A stretch of 64,000 nt of DNA from Acidobacteriota bacterium (GTDB lineage Bacteria > Acidobacteriota > Terriglobia > Terriglobales > SCQP01): positions 142,623 to 206,622 of the forward strand of contig SCQP01000007.1 in NCBI GenBank assembly GCA_004299485.1. Direction: 5' to 3'. Shown one piece after another: positions 47,542 to 57,460 of this stretch (position 1 is its first letter; each line of letters opens with the position of its first letter). The notes beneath the pieces are model-generated. The model had not been told where the DNA came from. It was given only the letters and a program-made list of their open reading frames with translations, and searched no databases. The position numbers were made by a program, and so were the translations under genes.

Positions 47542-50500
47542 CTATTTTATCGCCGGCAAACCGGCGGCGCGGAGCAGCGGGTTGAGCTTCGCCAGATCGG
47601 CGGCGCGGGTCGATTTCCAGGCGGCAAGCTGTGGCTCCAGTAGGTTGTGCTCCTGCTGATAGACGGCCACATCCTGGCTGGTGGGCGCTGCGTCGGCGGA
47701 GTCAACGCTGGTGGTCAGCGCGCCGAGCGTGCCATTGATCAGCGCCATGCCGCCGCCGGCCGCGCCCGAACCGAAGAGGTCGGAGGCGCCGCCGGCCACC
47801 TTCGTTGCGGCCGCGGCGAGCTGGCGGGCAGCGGCGAGCGCGACAGCGTGGCCGGCGAGTCTCGACTCCAGGGCATGAAGATGCGCGGCCAGACGTCCGG
47901 CGTCCTGATAGACGGCCATGCTCGCGGCGAGATCGGCGCGAATCTTCATTTCCAGATCCATCTGCGCCTCCAGCTCCGCGCGCGGCACATGCACGCGCGG
48001 GTCCTGTCTAACGTCGAGCGGCGCGGAGTAGCTGCGGCCATCGACGGTCAGGCTCACTTCGTACTGGCCGGGCAGGACCATGGGGCCTTGCGGCAGCCGG
48101 AACGACGCGCCCGGACTAGCGGCGATGGAGTAGTTGGTGTCGCGGCCAAGCGCTTCCGGCGGCGGATAGCGCAGGTCCCACACCCAGCGGTGCATGCCCG
48201 CTGTCGCGGGCAGTGCGCGCGGCGGCGTCTCCCAGTAGGCGGCGGCCTGCGGCGGCGTTGCCGGCGGCTTGGGCGTGGCTTCGGTGCTCGAGTACTCGCG
48301 GATGAGCTGCCCGGAAGACGTGCGGAGGCTCAGCGTGACGCGGCCGGAAGCCGCGGCGGGCAGGTAGTAATCAAGGATGGCGCCGGCGGGAGGGTTCTCG
48401 CCCGTGGGCGTCGAGCGCGGTAGCGGCGTGTCGGCGTTCACGTCGGCGCGTACGCGGATGGCAGTTGCAGGCTGAAAGAGCGTAACCGCACTGGTAGATG
48501 CGCGGCCCGAGGCGATCTGTTCGAGCGGCGTAATGTCGTCCAGCACCCAGAAGGCGCGGCCGTGCGTGGCCACAACCAGATCGTTGTCGCGGATGGCGAG
48601 ATCGCGGACGGACGCGTCCGGCAGATTGAGCTGCAGCGGCTGCCAATCCCTGCCGTTGTTGAACGAGACGTAGACGCCGCGCTCGGTACCGGCAAACAGC
48701 AGCCCTGGGTGTTGCGGGTCTTCGCGCACGGCATGCACGTAGGCGCGCGGCGCAATGCCGGCGTCAATCTGCGTCCAGCTTTGGCCGAAATCGGTGGTGC
48801 GGTAAATGTGCGGCCGGAAGTCGTTGATGCGATGGCTGTCGACCGCGGCCCAGGCGGTGCCGGGCAGGCTGTGCGAAGCCTCGATCAGGCTGATCTTGCT
48901 CCAGACAGGCAGGCCCCTGGGCGTCACGTTGGACCAGTGCGCGCCGGCGTCCTGCGTCAGCCAGATGAGGCCGTCGTCGGTGCCCGCCCAGATCTCGCCG
49001 TTCTTCACCGGCGAGGGCGCGATGGTATAGATGACGCCGCGGTTTTCGCCCTTCACGAAACGCTCGGCTTCGGCGGGATCGGTGGGCTTAGGCTCGGCAT
49101 TTTGGTAGAGCGTCAAGTCAGGGCTGATACGCTTCCAGCTCTTGCCCGCGCTGCCTTGGTCATCGACGGTGGTTTCGAGCAGATACTGCGTTCCCGCGTA
49201 GAGCGTGTGCGGGTTAGTGGCGGAGAAGAGGATGGGGAAGGTCCAGGTAGTGCGGTAAGTGCCGTTGCCGGGCCAGGGCGTGATGTTTTCCACCTGGCCG
49301 GTGACGCTGTCGAAGCGCGTGATCACCCCGCCATAGCTGCCGGCAAAGATGATTTTGGGATCGAGCGGATCGGGGGCGACATAACCGCTTTCGCCGCCGC
49401 CGATGGGATGCCAGTCGCGGAAGCTGATGCGGCCCCAATTGCTGCGGCTGACGATGCCTGCGGTGCCGGAATCCTGCTGCGCGCCGTAGATCCAGTAGGG
49501 CCACTGGTTATCGGTAATGACGTGATAGAACTGGCCGATGGGCTGGTTGAACCAGCTCGACCACGCCTGGCCACCGTTAAGGGTAATGACGGCGCCCTGA
49601 TCCACGCCGAGGATCATGTGGTGCGTGTTGCTGGGGTCGATCCAGAGGGTGTGGTAGTCGTCGCCGCCGGGCGCGCCTTTGAGGGCGGTGAAGCTTTCCC
49701 CGCCATTGTCGGAGTGGTAAAAAGCCACGTCGCAGATGTAGACCTCATCGCGGCTGGCGGGCGAAGCGTAAACGCCGGAAAAATACCAGGAGCGGCTGTC
49801 GATGCGCGCATCGGCGCTGACACGCTTCCAGGTGGCGCCGCTGTCGTCGGAGCGGTACAAACCGCCTTGCTTGGCGCTGATCAGTGCGTACACGCGCCGG
49901 CCGCCATCGTGATAGGCAACCGCAAGACCCACGCGGCCCCATTGACCGGCGGGCAAGCCGTGCCCGGAGATTTCAGTCCAGGTGGCGCCCTCGTCGCTGG
50001 ATTTGTAAATCCCGCTGCCGGGACCTTGCGTCGGCGGGTATTGATTCCAGGCCGGGCGGTACGCGGCCCAGAGCGACGCGTAGATGACCTGCGGGTTGTC
50101 AGGATCCATCGCCAGGTCGATGCCGCCGACGGTGGGGTTTTTATACAGCACCTTGCGCCAGGTGGCGCCGCCATCGGTCGAGCGATAAATGCCGCGCTCG
50201 GGATTGGGCGCGTAGGCCCGGCCAAGGGCCGCGACCAGCACGATGTCGGGATTGTGCGGATCGACGTCGATGGCGCCGATGTGCCGCGTCTCCAGTAGCC
50301 CGATATGCCGCCAGGTACGGCCGCCATCCATCGATTTATACACGCCGTTGCCGTAGGAGGTGTCGGAGCGCATGTCGGCTTCGCCCGTGCCGGCATAAAT
50401 AATGTTGGGGTTCGAAGGCGCGATGGCAATGGCGCCAATGGAGGCGATGTTCTGCTGGTCGAAGATGGAGTGCCAGGTGCGCCCGGCATTGTCGGTGCGC

Positions 50501-50697
50501 CACACGCCCCCACCCACGCCGCCCATGTAATAGGTGCTGGTGCCGGGTACGCCGGCGACGGCCAGCACCCGGCCCGAACGGAACGGCCCCACCAGCCGCC
50601 AGCGCATGGCGGAAAACAGGCTGGGGCTGACCTGCGCCGCCAACGGCAGCGCGAGCAAGAGAACGAGAGCGGGCGTGAACCGGCGCAAGTAACTCAT
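47542..50697 (-). CDS. Secreted BNR/sortilin(VPS10)-like multi-beta-propeller protein
   Basis: 1051 aa. Signal peptide and many S-x-D-x-G-x-T-W BNR repeats (TDNAGRTW, SMDGGRTW, STDGGATW, SSDEGATW, SDDSGATW, SDNGGESF, TQDAGAHW, TTDFGQSW, FNNGRDW). Confidence 0.85.
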   Translation of the reverse strand: MSYLRRFTPALVLLLALPLAAQVSPSLFSAMRWRLVGPFRSGRVLAVAGVPGTSTYYMGGVGGGVWRTDNAGRTWHSIFDQQNIASIGAIAIAPSNPNIIYAGTGEADMRSDTSYGNGVYKSMDGGRTWRHIGLLETRHIGAIDVDPHNPDIVLVAALGRAYAPNPERGIYRSTDGGATWRKVLYKNPTVGGIDLAMDPDNPQVIYASLWAAYRPAWNQYPPTQGPGSGIYKSSDEGATWTEISGHGLPAGQWGRVGLAVAYHDGGRRVYALISAKQGGLYRSDDSGATWKRVSADARIDSRSWYFSGVYASPASRDEVYICDVAFYHSDNGGESFTALKGAPGGDDYHTLWIDPSNTHHMILGVDQGAVITLNGGQAWSSWFNQPIGQFYHVITDNQWPYWIYGAQQDSGTAGIVSRSNWGRISFRDWHPIGGGESGYVAPDPLDPKIIFAGSYGGVITRFDSVTGQVENITPWPGNGTYRTTWTFPILFSATNPHTLYAGTQYLLETTVDDQGSAGKSWKRISPDLTLYQNAEPKPTDPAEAERFVKGENRGVIYTIAPSPVKNGEIWAGTDDGLIWLTQDAGAHWSNVTPRGLPVWSKISLIEASHSLPGTAWAAVDSHRINDFRPHIYRTTDFGQSWTQIDAGIAPRAYVHAVREDPQHPGLLFAGTERGVYVSFNNGRDWQPLQLNLPDASVRDLAIRDNDLVVATHGRAFWVLDDITPLEQIASGRASTSAVTLFQPATAIRVRADVNADTPLPRSTPTGENPPAGAILDYYLPAAASGRVTLSLRTSSGQLIREYSSTEATPKPPATPPQAAAYWETPPRALPATAGMHRWVWDLRYPPPEALGRDTNYSIAASPGASFRLPQGPMVLPGQYEVSLTVDGRSYSAPLDVRQDPRVHVPRAELEAQMDLEMKIRADLAASMAVYQDAGRLAAHLHALESRLAGHAVALAAARQLAAAATKVAGGASDLFGSGAAGGGMALINGTLGALTTSVDSADAAPTSQDVAVYQQEHNLLEPQLAAWKSTRAADLAKLNPLLRAAGLPAIK

Positions 50698-50818
50698 GGT
50701 GTGAGCATACCAGATACACGGCGTCTCATGACGGCGCGATCAATCGTGCGTTTGTGGCCTACGGCGCTGGTAGTAGGGCCGGTTTGCCTGCACCTTAGGA
50801 GGTGATCCTGGAACCAGA

Positions 50819-53800
50819 ATGAAGCCCGTTCGTTATCTAATTCTGCAGGCGGTTTTGATCGCATGCGGTGTAGCGATGGCGCAGTCGGCGACCGGCGGCC
50901 TTGCGGGCACGGTCGCGGATGCCACCGGCGCGCGTGTTCCGGCCGCCCACATTGTGCTGCACGCCTCCGCCGTGGGCCTCGAGCGCCGGCTTCAGGCCAA
51001 CGCTCGCGGGGAATTCCGCCTGAGTCAGCTTCCCCCGGGCGCCTATGAGCTGAGCGTGAGCGCGCCGGGTTTTGCCACCGCGAGCGCGAACATCACCGTG
51101 CAGGTGAGCACGGTCCGCAGTGTGCATGTCACGCTGCGCCCGGCGGCGGCGCATACCACGGTGAACGTGTCGGCTTCGGCGTCGTCGATCACCACGGCAT
51201 CGATCGATCTGACCAGCGCCGCCCATCAGGGAGTGGTGACGGCACACGATCTCGCCACGCTGCCGATGGCGCAGCGCAGTTTCGCCAACATCGCCTATTT
51301 GGTGCCGGGCACCGAGCCGGTCGAACCTTCCGATCCGACCAAGGCGCGGATTACCGCGGTATCAACCGGCGGCAGCTCGGGACTGAACAACAGCCTGACG
51401 GTGGACGGCGCCGCTAACAGCGACGACTACATCGGAGGGTTTCTGCAGAACCTTCCGGTGGACGCCCTGCAGGAATTTGCCTTCCAGTCTGCGGGGCAGA
51501 ACGCCTCGGTCGGCGGCACCACTGCCGGCGCAGTCGAGATCACCACCAAGCGCGGCACCGATGAGTGGCACGGCAGCGCGGCAGTTCTCGAACGTGCGGC
51601 GGCGTTGAACGCCCGCTTCCCCATCGACAATCCGGCGCCGAATCCCAAGCAGCCGTTCTCGCGCCAGGACTACAGCGCCTCGCTCGGTGGACCCATTGCG
51701 CGCGGCAAGCTTTGGTTCTTCAGCGCGCTGGAATATGTGCCCGAACAGGCCAGCATCGCCTATAGCCCCGCCAACCAGATTCAGTTCCAGGCGCTGGCGC
51801 AACTCGCCAACGACGGCCTGATTCCGGGCGTGCGCTCCATCCCCACGCCCTCGTCGGTCAGCGTGCCCTTTCATGACTTCATGGCAGATGAGCGGCTGGA
51901 CTGGGCGCAGTCGTCCAATTCGCACTGGTTCTTGCGTCTTTCTGCCGACAACTACACCACCGATAATGCTTTTGTGCAGCAGGGCAGCCTGCCCTCAACC
52001 GGCACGACCTGGCATGCGAACTATCTCAACGGCGTGGTCAGCAATACCTACACCTTCTCACCCAACTGGGTCGGCAGCCTGGCGATGGCGGCCAGCTACC
52101 TGCACATGACACAGTTGCGGAACCAGCATCTGGGCTTCGCGCTGGCGTTTCCGTTCACCTCAACTTCCAGCACCATCTCCGGATTCGAAACCTTTGGCGA
52201 CAATCAGTTTCTGACGCCGATCACCGCCTTTCCGGTGCTGCGGAATCAGGAAAACTACCAGTTCAGCTACGACATGAGCCACAACCGCGGCGCGCATGCG
52301 ACCCGCTTCGGCGTGAACTTCGTGCACGAGCCGGTGCTCAGCGGGGCGCTGAGCGGCACCGCCGAAACCCTTACCGTTTTCCCCATGAACCCGGGCGCCT
52401 ACGTGGCCGATCCGGCGCAGTTTGCCGCCGACCTTAACTGCGCCCCCAATGCCAGTCCAGGCGCGACCTGCACCGCGACCCCTGCGGGCAATGGAAGCTT
52501 CTCGCAAAACGTGCAGCGGTTGGGCCTGTACGGCCAGGACGCCTGGAAGCTGACGCCGGATTTAACGCTGGACTACGGCCTGCGGTACGACACCACCTTC
52601 GGCCTGTTTCTGGCGTCCGGCCGGACGCAAGCGGATAATCCCGCTTATCTGACGCTGAAGGCACTTCAGATCCCGTTGGTGCCGGGCGTTCCTCACGATG
52701 ACCATAGCCACTTCGCGCCGCGGCTGGGGTTGATCTACGCGCCAGGGGCGCAGCACCGCCTGGTGATCCGCTCCGGCTTTGGACTTTACTACGATGACCT
52801 GGCGCAGAACGGCTGGGTCACAGCCATGCAGGCGGTGAATAGCGCGCCAGCGCCGTGTGTGGCGGCCTCCGATCCGGGGTGTCTGCCGGGAGCCGCCAGC
52901 GGCGGCAGCGGTGCGCTGATCGATCCCAACTACAAAACCCCGTATGCGCTCGATGCCACCGGCGGCGCAGCCTATGCCTTAACCCCCAACTGGAACCTGA
53001 GCGCCGACTTCACGCACGAAGAAGGCAACCACGGTTATCGCGCCTACAACTACAACGCCGGCTATACCCTGTTTTCGCCCCGGTTTGCCCGGACCATGGC
53101 GGCGCAGCAGGCGAACGTGCCCGACATCACCGTGTTCCGCTCCGACAACCGCTCGCGCTACGACGCGCTCATGCTGCACCTGCAAGGGAATCTGTCCCGG
53201 CGGCTCCACTTCATCGCCAACTACACCCTGTCGCGCGCGAACACCTGGGGCTGCGTGCTGGGCGAACTCTTCGACTACGTGGATGGCGTCTGCAATCCGC
53301 TCAACGCCTTCGGCCCGGGCGACTTTGGCCCCTCGGGCGAGGACGTAACCCACCGCCTGGTCCTGGCCGGCGACACCTTCGCGCCCGGCGGCTTCCAGCT
53401 TTCGGCACTGTTGCAAGCGGAGAGCGGCCGGCCCCTGACGCTGACCACGCCGGTGGACGTCAATGGCGCGGGCGACGCGGCCAACGACCGCGCCGTGATC
53501 AACGGCGTGCCCACCGCGCTCGATGAGTTCCGCGGCACGCCTTACATCCAGCTCGACCTGCGCCTGAGCCGGCCGTTCACTCTGGGCGAAAGGTGGCACG
53601 TCTATCCATCTCTGGATATGTTCAACGTGTTCAACCGCAATAACCCGGGCTCGAATTACATCACCAACATCGCGGCTCTGCCAACGCCGGTAAACAACCT
53701 GTTCAACGCGACCGCGCTGTGTCAGAACGCCGCCTGCACCGAGGCGCAACCCATCACTAGCCCGAAGCAGTTGCTGGCGCCGGCTGGCGCGCTGGGAGAT

Positions 53801-53869
53801 TTCTTCGGTCCCGGAACGACGGTCGGGATTCCGTTTGCCGCGCAGCTTGGTTTGCGGATCAGCTTTTAG
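50819..53869 (+). CDS. TonB-dependent receptor with N-terminal carboxypeptidase-regulatory-like domain
   Basis: 1016 aa. Signal peptide, GGLAGTVADATGARVPAAHIVL...GEFRLSQLPPGAYELSVSAPGF (CarboxypepD_reg), plug region, C-terminal aromatic residue (F). Confidence 0.88.
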   Translation: MKPVRYLILQAVLIACGVAMAQSATGGLAGTVADATGARVPAAHIVLHASAVGLERRLQANARGEFRLSQLPPGAYELSVSAPGFATASANITVQVSTVRSVHVTLRPAAAHTTVNVSASASSITTASIDLTSAAHQGVVTAHDLATLPMAQRSFANIAYLVPGTEPVEPSDPTKARITAVSTGGSSGLNNSLTVDGAANSDDYIGGFLQNLPVDALQEFAFQSAGQNASVGGTTAGAVEITTKRGTDEWHGSAAVLERAAALNARFPIDNPAPNPKQPFSRQDYSASLGGPIARGKLWFFSALEYVPEQASIAYSPANQIQFQALAQLANDGLIPGVRSIPTPSSVSVPFHDFMADERLDWAQSSNSHWFLRLSADNYTTDNAFVQQGSLPSTGTTWHANYLNGVVSNTYTFSPNWVGSLAMAASYLHMTQLRNQHLGFALAFPFTSTSSTISGFETFGDNQFLTPITAFPVLRNQENYQFSYDMSHNRGAHATRFGVNFVHEPVLSGALSGTAETLTVFPMNPGAYVADPAQFAADLNCAPNASPGATCTATPAGNGSFSQNVQRLGLYGQDAWKLTPDLTLDYGLRYDTTFGLFLASGRTQADNPAYLTLKALQIPLVPGVPHDDHSHFAPRLGLIYAPGAQHRLVIRSGFGLYYDDLAQNGWVTAMQAVNSAPAPCVAASDPGCLPGAASGGSGALIDPNYKTPYALDATGGAAYALTPNWNLSADFTHEEGNHGYRAYNYNAGYTLFSPRFARTMAAQQANVPDITVFRSDNRSRYDALMLHLQGNLSRRLHFIANYTLSRANTWGCVLGELFDYVDGVCNPLNAFGPGDFGPSGEDVTHRLVLAGDTFAPGGFQLSALLQAESGRPLTLTTPVDVNGAGDAANDRAVINGVPTALDEFRGTPYIQLDLRLSRPFTLGERWHVYPSLDMFNVFNRNNPGSNYITNIAALPTPVNNLFNATALCQNAACTEAQPITSPKQLLAPAGALGDFFGPGTTVGIPFAAQLGLRISF

Positions 53870-55167
53870 CGCACCGCTGCCGGTTGCGGCGCCGCAACCG
53901 CCGCTACTGCGGTCTCCAGCCGCGGCATGAGCTGCTCCAGATCGGCCATGGAGGCGACGCCGATCGAAATCCGGAACCAGCCTTCCCCTTCGGCGGCGCC
54001 GAAGGCGGCAAACGGGACCATGCCGACGTGGGCGGCCTGCAGCAGGTAGCGGCGGATGTCGTCATCGGTCTGCAGCCGTTGACCTTGGGGCGTGCGCAGC
54101 CCATGCAGGGCGAAGCGGACGCTGGCGTAAATCGCGCCCTGCGGCTTGAGACTATCGACCGGAAGCCCTTTGGCGCGCAACGCCTGCATGCCCTTGTGAA
54201 CGACCTCGAGGCGGGCGGCGGCTTCGCGGCGCATGCCGGCAATGTAGGCGTCCACCGCGGCCGCGTCGTTCAGGAATTTGGCGGTCGCGATCTGTTCCGG
54301 ACGCGGCGCCCAGGCACCGACGTGGCCGTTGATTTTGTTGATCGCCTTGGCGATGGCAGGCGGCGCAATCGCCCAGCCCACACGCAGGCCGGTGGCAGCG
54401 AAGCATTTCGAGATGGCGTCAATGGTGACCAGATAGGGAGCGATGGCGGGGCGCAGCAGCACCGGATCGGAATGCACCGTACCCGGCGTTGTGAGCATCC
54501 AGTAGACCTGGTCGTAAAGCATGTACAGCGGCCGCTCGCCGGCCGGGCGGCGGGTGTTTTCTTCCAGCACCGCGTCGCAGATGGCAGCGAGCTCTTCGGC
54601 GGAAAGCGATGAACCGGCGGGGTTGAGCGGCGAGTTCAGCGCCAGCAGGCGCGCGCCGCGCAAATGCGGCTGGAGGGCCTTGGCGGTGGGCAGAAAGCCG
54701 GCTTCTTTGGGACAGGCGACGCGAATTTGCTCCGCCCCCACCATGTCGCAGTAGTATTCGTTGTTCCAGCCCGGTACGCCAAAGACGACGCGGTCGCCGG
54801 CTTCGACCAGCGCCGCGTAGGCCGCGTAAATGACCGGACGCGCACCTGCCGCAATCACAACGTTGTCGAGCGTCACCTCGCGGCCGCCGCGTGGCTTGTA
54901 CAGGCCGCAAATGGCGCGCCGCAGAACTTCCATGCCTATGGGCGGCGGGTAGTTCGCCTCACCCGCCCGCAACGCCTCGACGATGTTGTCTTCGAGGCCG
55001 CGCGGAATGCGAAACTGCGCCGGATGGAAATCACCCACCGTAAGGTTCAGAATCGGCTCGCCCTGGGCCATGAGCTCACGGATTTCGGCCGCGATGCCCA
55101 GAATGGCGGAGCCTTTTAAACGTTCGGCAAGAGACGTCAGTTGGGAACCCGGTTGGCTGGCCTGCAT
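53866..55167 (-). CDS. Class I/II pyridoxal-phosphate aminotransferase (aspartate aminotransferase-like)
   Basis: 433 aa. NLTVGDF...NSPLNPAGS...DAISKCFAATGLRVGW (PLP lysine context). 4-nt convergent overlap with the TonB receptor gene. Confidence 0.85.
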   Translation of the reverse strand: MQASQPGSQLTSLAERLKGSAILGIAAEIRELMAQGEPILNLTVGDFHPAQFRIPRGLEDNIVEALRAGEANYPPPIGMEVLRRAICGLYKPRGGREVTLDNVVIAAGARPVIYAAYAALVEAGDRVVFGVPGWNNEYYCDMVGAEQIRVACPKEAGFLPTAKALQPHLRGARLLALNSPLNPAGSSLSAEELAAICDAVLEENTRRPAGERPLYMLYDQVYWMLTTPGTVHSDPVLLRPAIAPYLVTIDAISKCFAATGLRVGWAIAPPAIAKAINKINGHVGAWAPRPEQIATAKFLNDAAAVDAYIAGMRREAAARLEVVHKGMQALRAKGLPVDSLKPQGAIYASVRFALHGLRTPQGQRLQTDDDIRRYLLQAAHVGMVPFAAFGAAEGEGWFRISIGVASMADLEQLMPRLETAVAAVAAPQPAAVR

Positions 55168-55172
55168 GTCCC

Positions 55173-55649
55173 TTAGTATGGCAAAGGATCGGTCACCGCG
55201 TGGCGCCAGAAAGCGAAGGTCGTCGGGTCGATGGTGGCGGGATAAAGGCGATAGAGTCCCTGCAGGTGAGCCAACAAATCTTGCGCCTCTGTTTCCAGGC
55301 CGGCGAGCCGCAGGCTCCGCAAAATGCGGGTCAAACGTAGGAAATTATGGTCGCCGGCGCAAAGCCAGGGCATCGGCCCGGGAGGGTTAACGCCATAGAA
55401 GGCGAGCATGGCGGCGAGCGCCTGGCGCATGCGGTCTTGCAGCTCGGGCGAGCGGCGGAACTCGGCGGCGTCTTCCGGGGTCAGCAAAGGCGCGGAGGGT
55501 TGAAAGGCGCTCGGCTCGGGCAGCGGAAACAGCCACTGGATGTAATCGTGGGTGTGCTCGAGACGGGCCGCATCCCAGGCGATAATTTCGCTCAGCCGGC
55601 GGCCGCGATGGTCGGGACCACCGCGATAGAAATCCAGAATGCGGGACAT
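55173..55649 (-). CDS. Opioid-growth-factor-receptor (OGFr) N-terminal-domain-like protein
   Basis: 158 aa. ILDFYRGGPDHRGRRLSEIIAWDAARLEHTHDYIQWLFPLPEPS matches the conserved OGFr_N core as I recall it. Confidence 0.65.
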   Translation of the reverse strand: MSRILDFYRGGPDHRGRRLSEIIAWDAARLEHTHDYIQWLFPLPEPSAFQPSAPLLTPEDAAEFRRSPELQDRMRQALAAMLAFYGVNPPGPMPWLCAGDHNFLRLTRILRSLRLAGLETEAQDLLAHLQGLYRLYPATIDPTTFAFWRHAVTDPLPY

Positions 55650-55681
55650 GGCGCTTCAGGGTTAGGATAGCCAAATACGCC

Positions 55682-55779
55682 CTGGGCACCAGCGGGTGTC
55701 CGTTGCCGGGAGCGAAACCCAGCCACAGCCCGGCCAGCGCCGGGGCCCCCAAGCCGCACGCCGTCTACCGGCGGCTCGT
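55682..55779 (+). repeat. Dispersed structured repeat, subfamily I-like, copy E (5'- and 3'-truncated, diverged)
   Basis: CTGGGCACCAGCGGGTGTCCGTTGCCGGGAGCGAAACCCAGCCACAGCCCGGCCAGCGCCGGGGCCCCCAAGCCGCACGC aligns with the core of C/D. Its 5' CCCTGGGC resembles copy B, and its 3' CGGCTCGTG is shared with copy F. Confidence 0.7.
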
Positions 55780-55825
55780 GAAGGCCCTGATCCCATTCGT
55801 TTTGTGAGCGTCGTATACTGCCGTT

Positions 55826-56839
55826 GTGCATCGCCCCGGTCCGGTCCTCGCAGTCGTCGTACTGCAAATCTTTGGGTCGCTGCTGGTTTCCGGCATTGCG
55901 GCCATGATTTTTCTGGGCGCGCTTACGGCCACTGGTGGCGAGTTGGCGGCGCATGGGGAGTCGCGCACCATGCTGTTCGGCGTCGCCGCGTTCGCCGCGG
56001 CGGTAGTGGTCTGGGGCGTGGTCACCGGGCTGGGGCTGCTGTGGATGCGCACGTGGGCGCTGATTTCGACGTTGATCTTTTCCTTCCTGCTGCTGGGCAC
56101 AGGCCTGGGCGTGCTGGCAATGGACCTTTTGCCGCTTGCGCCGGCCGCACCGGCGAGTGCGGCAGCCGCTGTCCACGTGGTGGATACTTTTCTGGGGCTG
56201 ATGTGTACGGGCCTGGCGATCTGGTGGATTGCCTATTTCGTCCGGCCGCACAGCCAAGCTGCCTTCTTCACCACGCGCCGCGACGGTGCGCCGCCGCGCG
56301 TGCCCATCAGCATTGCCGTGATCGCCTGGTTCCTGCTGGGCGGTGGCGTATTGAGCGTTCTCTTCACCCCTCTGCTCGGCGCCCACGCCAGCTTTGCGCT
56401 GGGGATGCACCCGCTCCGCGGCCATGCCGCACAGAGTGCACTGATCGCGGCGGGCGCGATCAGCATGATTGTCGGCTTGGGATTGGTCGAGCTGCGAAGC
56501 TGGGCGCGCGTGGCCGCTATGGTCTGGGTGGTGCTGTGGCTGATCAACAGCGTGCTTGCCTGGTTGAAGCCCGCCGCGCTCACAGATGTGCTCGGCGCGC
56601 GCGCACTTTCGATGCCGCCGCTGGCGCTGATGATCTCGCTCGGCATCGCCGCCTGCCTGGCGCAACTCTATTTCCTTTGGACGCGCCAGGCGGCCTTCGA
56701 ACAACCTGGGGCGCTAAGCGCTGGCACCGGCGGCGGCGGGCAGGAGAGCACCGAAGCGGCGCTGCCGGCGGGCGAAGACCCGCAGCGCGCGGCGCAGGTG
56801 CGCGGGGCGGAAGTCCGGCCAGGCGACACGCAGGAATAG
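55826..56839 (+). CDS. Polytopic membrane protein, function unknown (internally duplicated 4+4 TM pattern)
   Basis: 337 aa, GTG start. Hydrophobic segments throughout and a polar G/E/A-rich tail overlapping uppS on the other strand. Confidence 0.55.
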   Translation: MHRPGPVLAVVVLQIFGSLLVSGIAAMIFLGALTATGGELAAHGESRTMLFGVAAFAAAVVVWGVVTGLGLLWMRTWALISTLIFSFLLLGTGLGVLAMDLLPLAPAAPASAAAAVHVVDTFLGLMCTGLAIWWIAYFVRPHSQAAFFTTRRDGAPPRVPISIAVIAWFLLGGGVLSVLFTPLLGAHASFALGMHPLRGHAAQSALIAAGAISMIVGLGLVELRSWARVAAMVWVVLWLINSVLAWLKPAALTDVLGARALSMPPLALMISLGIAACLAQLYFLWTRQAAFEQPGALSAGTGGGGQESTEAALPAGEDPQRAAQVRGAEVRPGDTQE

Positions 56840-57436
56840 CAGCTCCGCATACGCGGCCTCCCAAAGCACGAAATCCGACAGACGCCGCTCGCCGCCGGTG
56901 CGGATAAGCAGATCCACCGGCCCGGCTTCACGCTCCAGGGCGCTGGCGGTCAGCCGCTGCATCAGCTCGACGCTGGGCGGCAATCCCGCCGTCCAGCGGG
57001 TAGCGGCAGCGGCCGAGGCGCGCGCGATTTCGCCCCGCGCGGAATAATCAATCGCCAGCCGCAGCCAAAGTTTGGTGCAGGCGCGCGTGACCACTTCCAT
57101 GCGCTCCAGCGCCGTGACCAGCGACTGCGGCAGCCGGTCGCGGCGGCCGATGGCGGTGCAGCGCACGCCCGCGCGGCGCAGCGGTTCACGCTCGCTTTCG
57201 AGGTAAGCCGCAAACAGCTCCATCAGCGCCTGCACCTCGCCGGGCGGACGCTGCCAGTTGTCCGACGAGAAGGCATAGACCGTGAGCGTGCCGATGCCCA
57301 GGCCGGGCGCGGCTTCGACAATTGTGCGCAGGGCTTCGGCGCCGGCGGCGTGGCCGCGCGCGCGTGGCCAGCCGCGCGCCTCCGCCCAACGGCCGTTGCC
57401 GTCCATGATGATCGCGGTGTGCAATAAACTTTGCAT
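56714..57436 (-). CDS. uppS: Isoprenyl transferase (undecaprenyl-diphosphate synthase family)
   Basis: 240 aa. IIMDGNGRWA, TVYAFSSDNWQRP, DLLIRTGGERRLSDFVLWEAAYAEL, RRFG. Confidence 0.9.
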   Translation of the reverse strand: MQSLLHTAIIMDGNGRWAEARGWPRARGHAAGAEALRTIVEAAPGLGIGTLTVYAFSSDNWQRPPGEVQALMELFAAYLESEREPLRRAGVRCTAIGRRDRLPQSLVTALERMEVVTRACTKLWLRLAIDYSARGEIARASAAAATRWTAGLPPSVELMQRLTASALEREAGPVDLLIRTGGERRLSDFVLWEAAYAELLFLRVAWPDFRPAHLRRALRVFARRQRRFGALLPAAAGASA

Positions 57437-57460
57437 GGCAAAGTCTCCGGGGAAAAAAAT

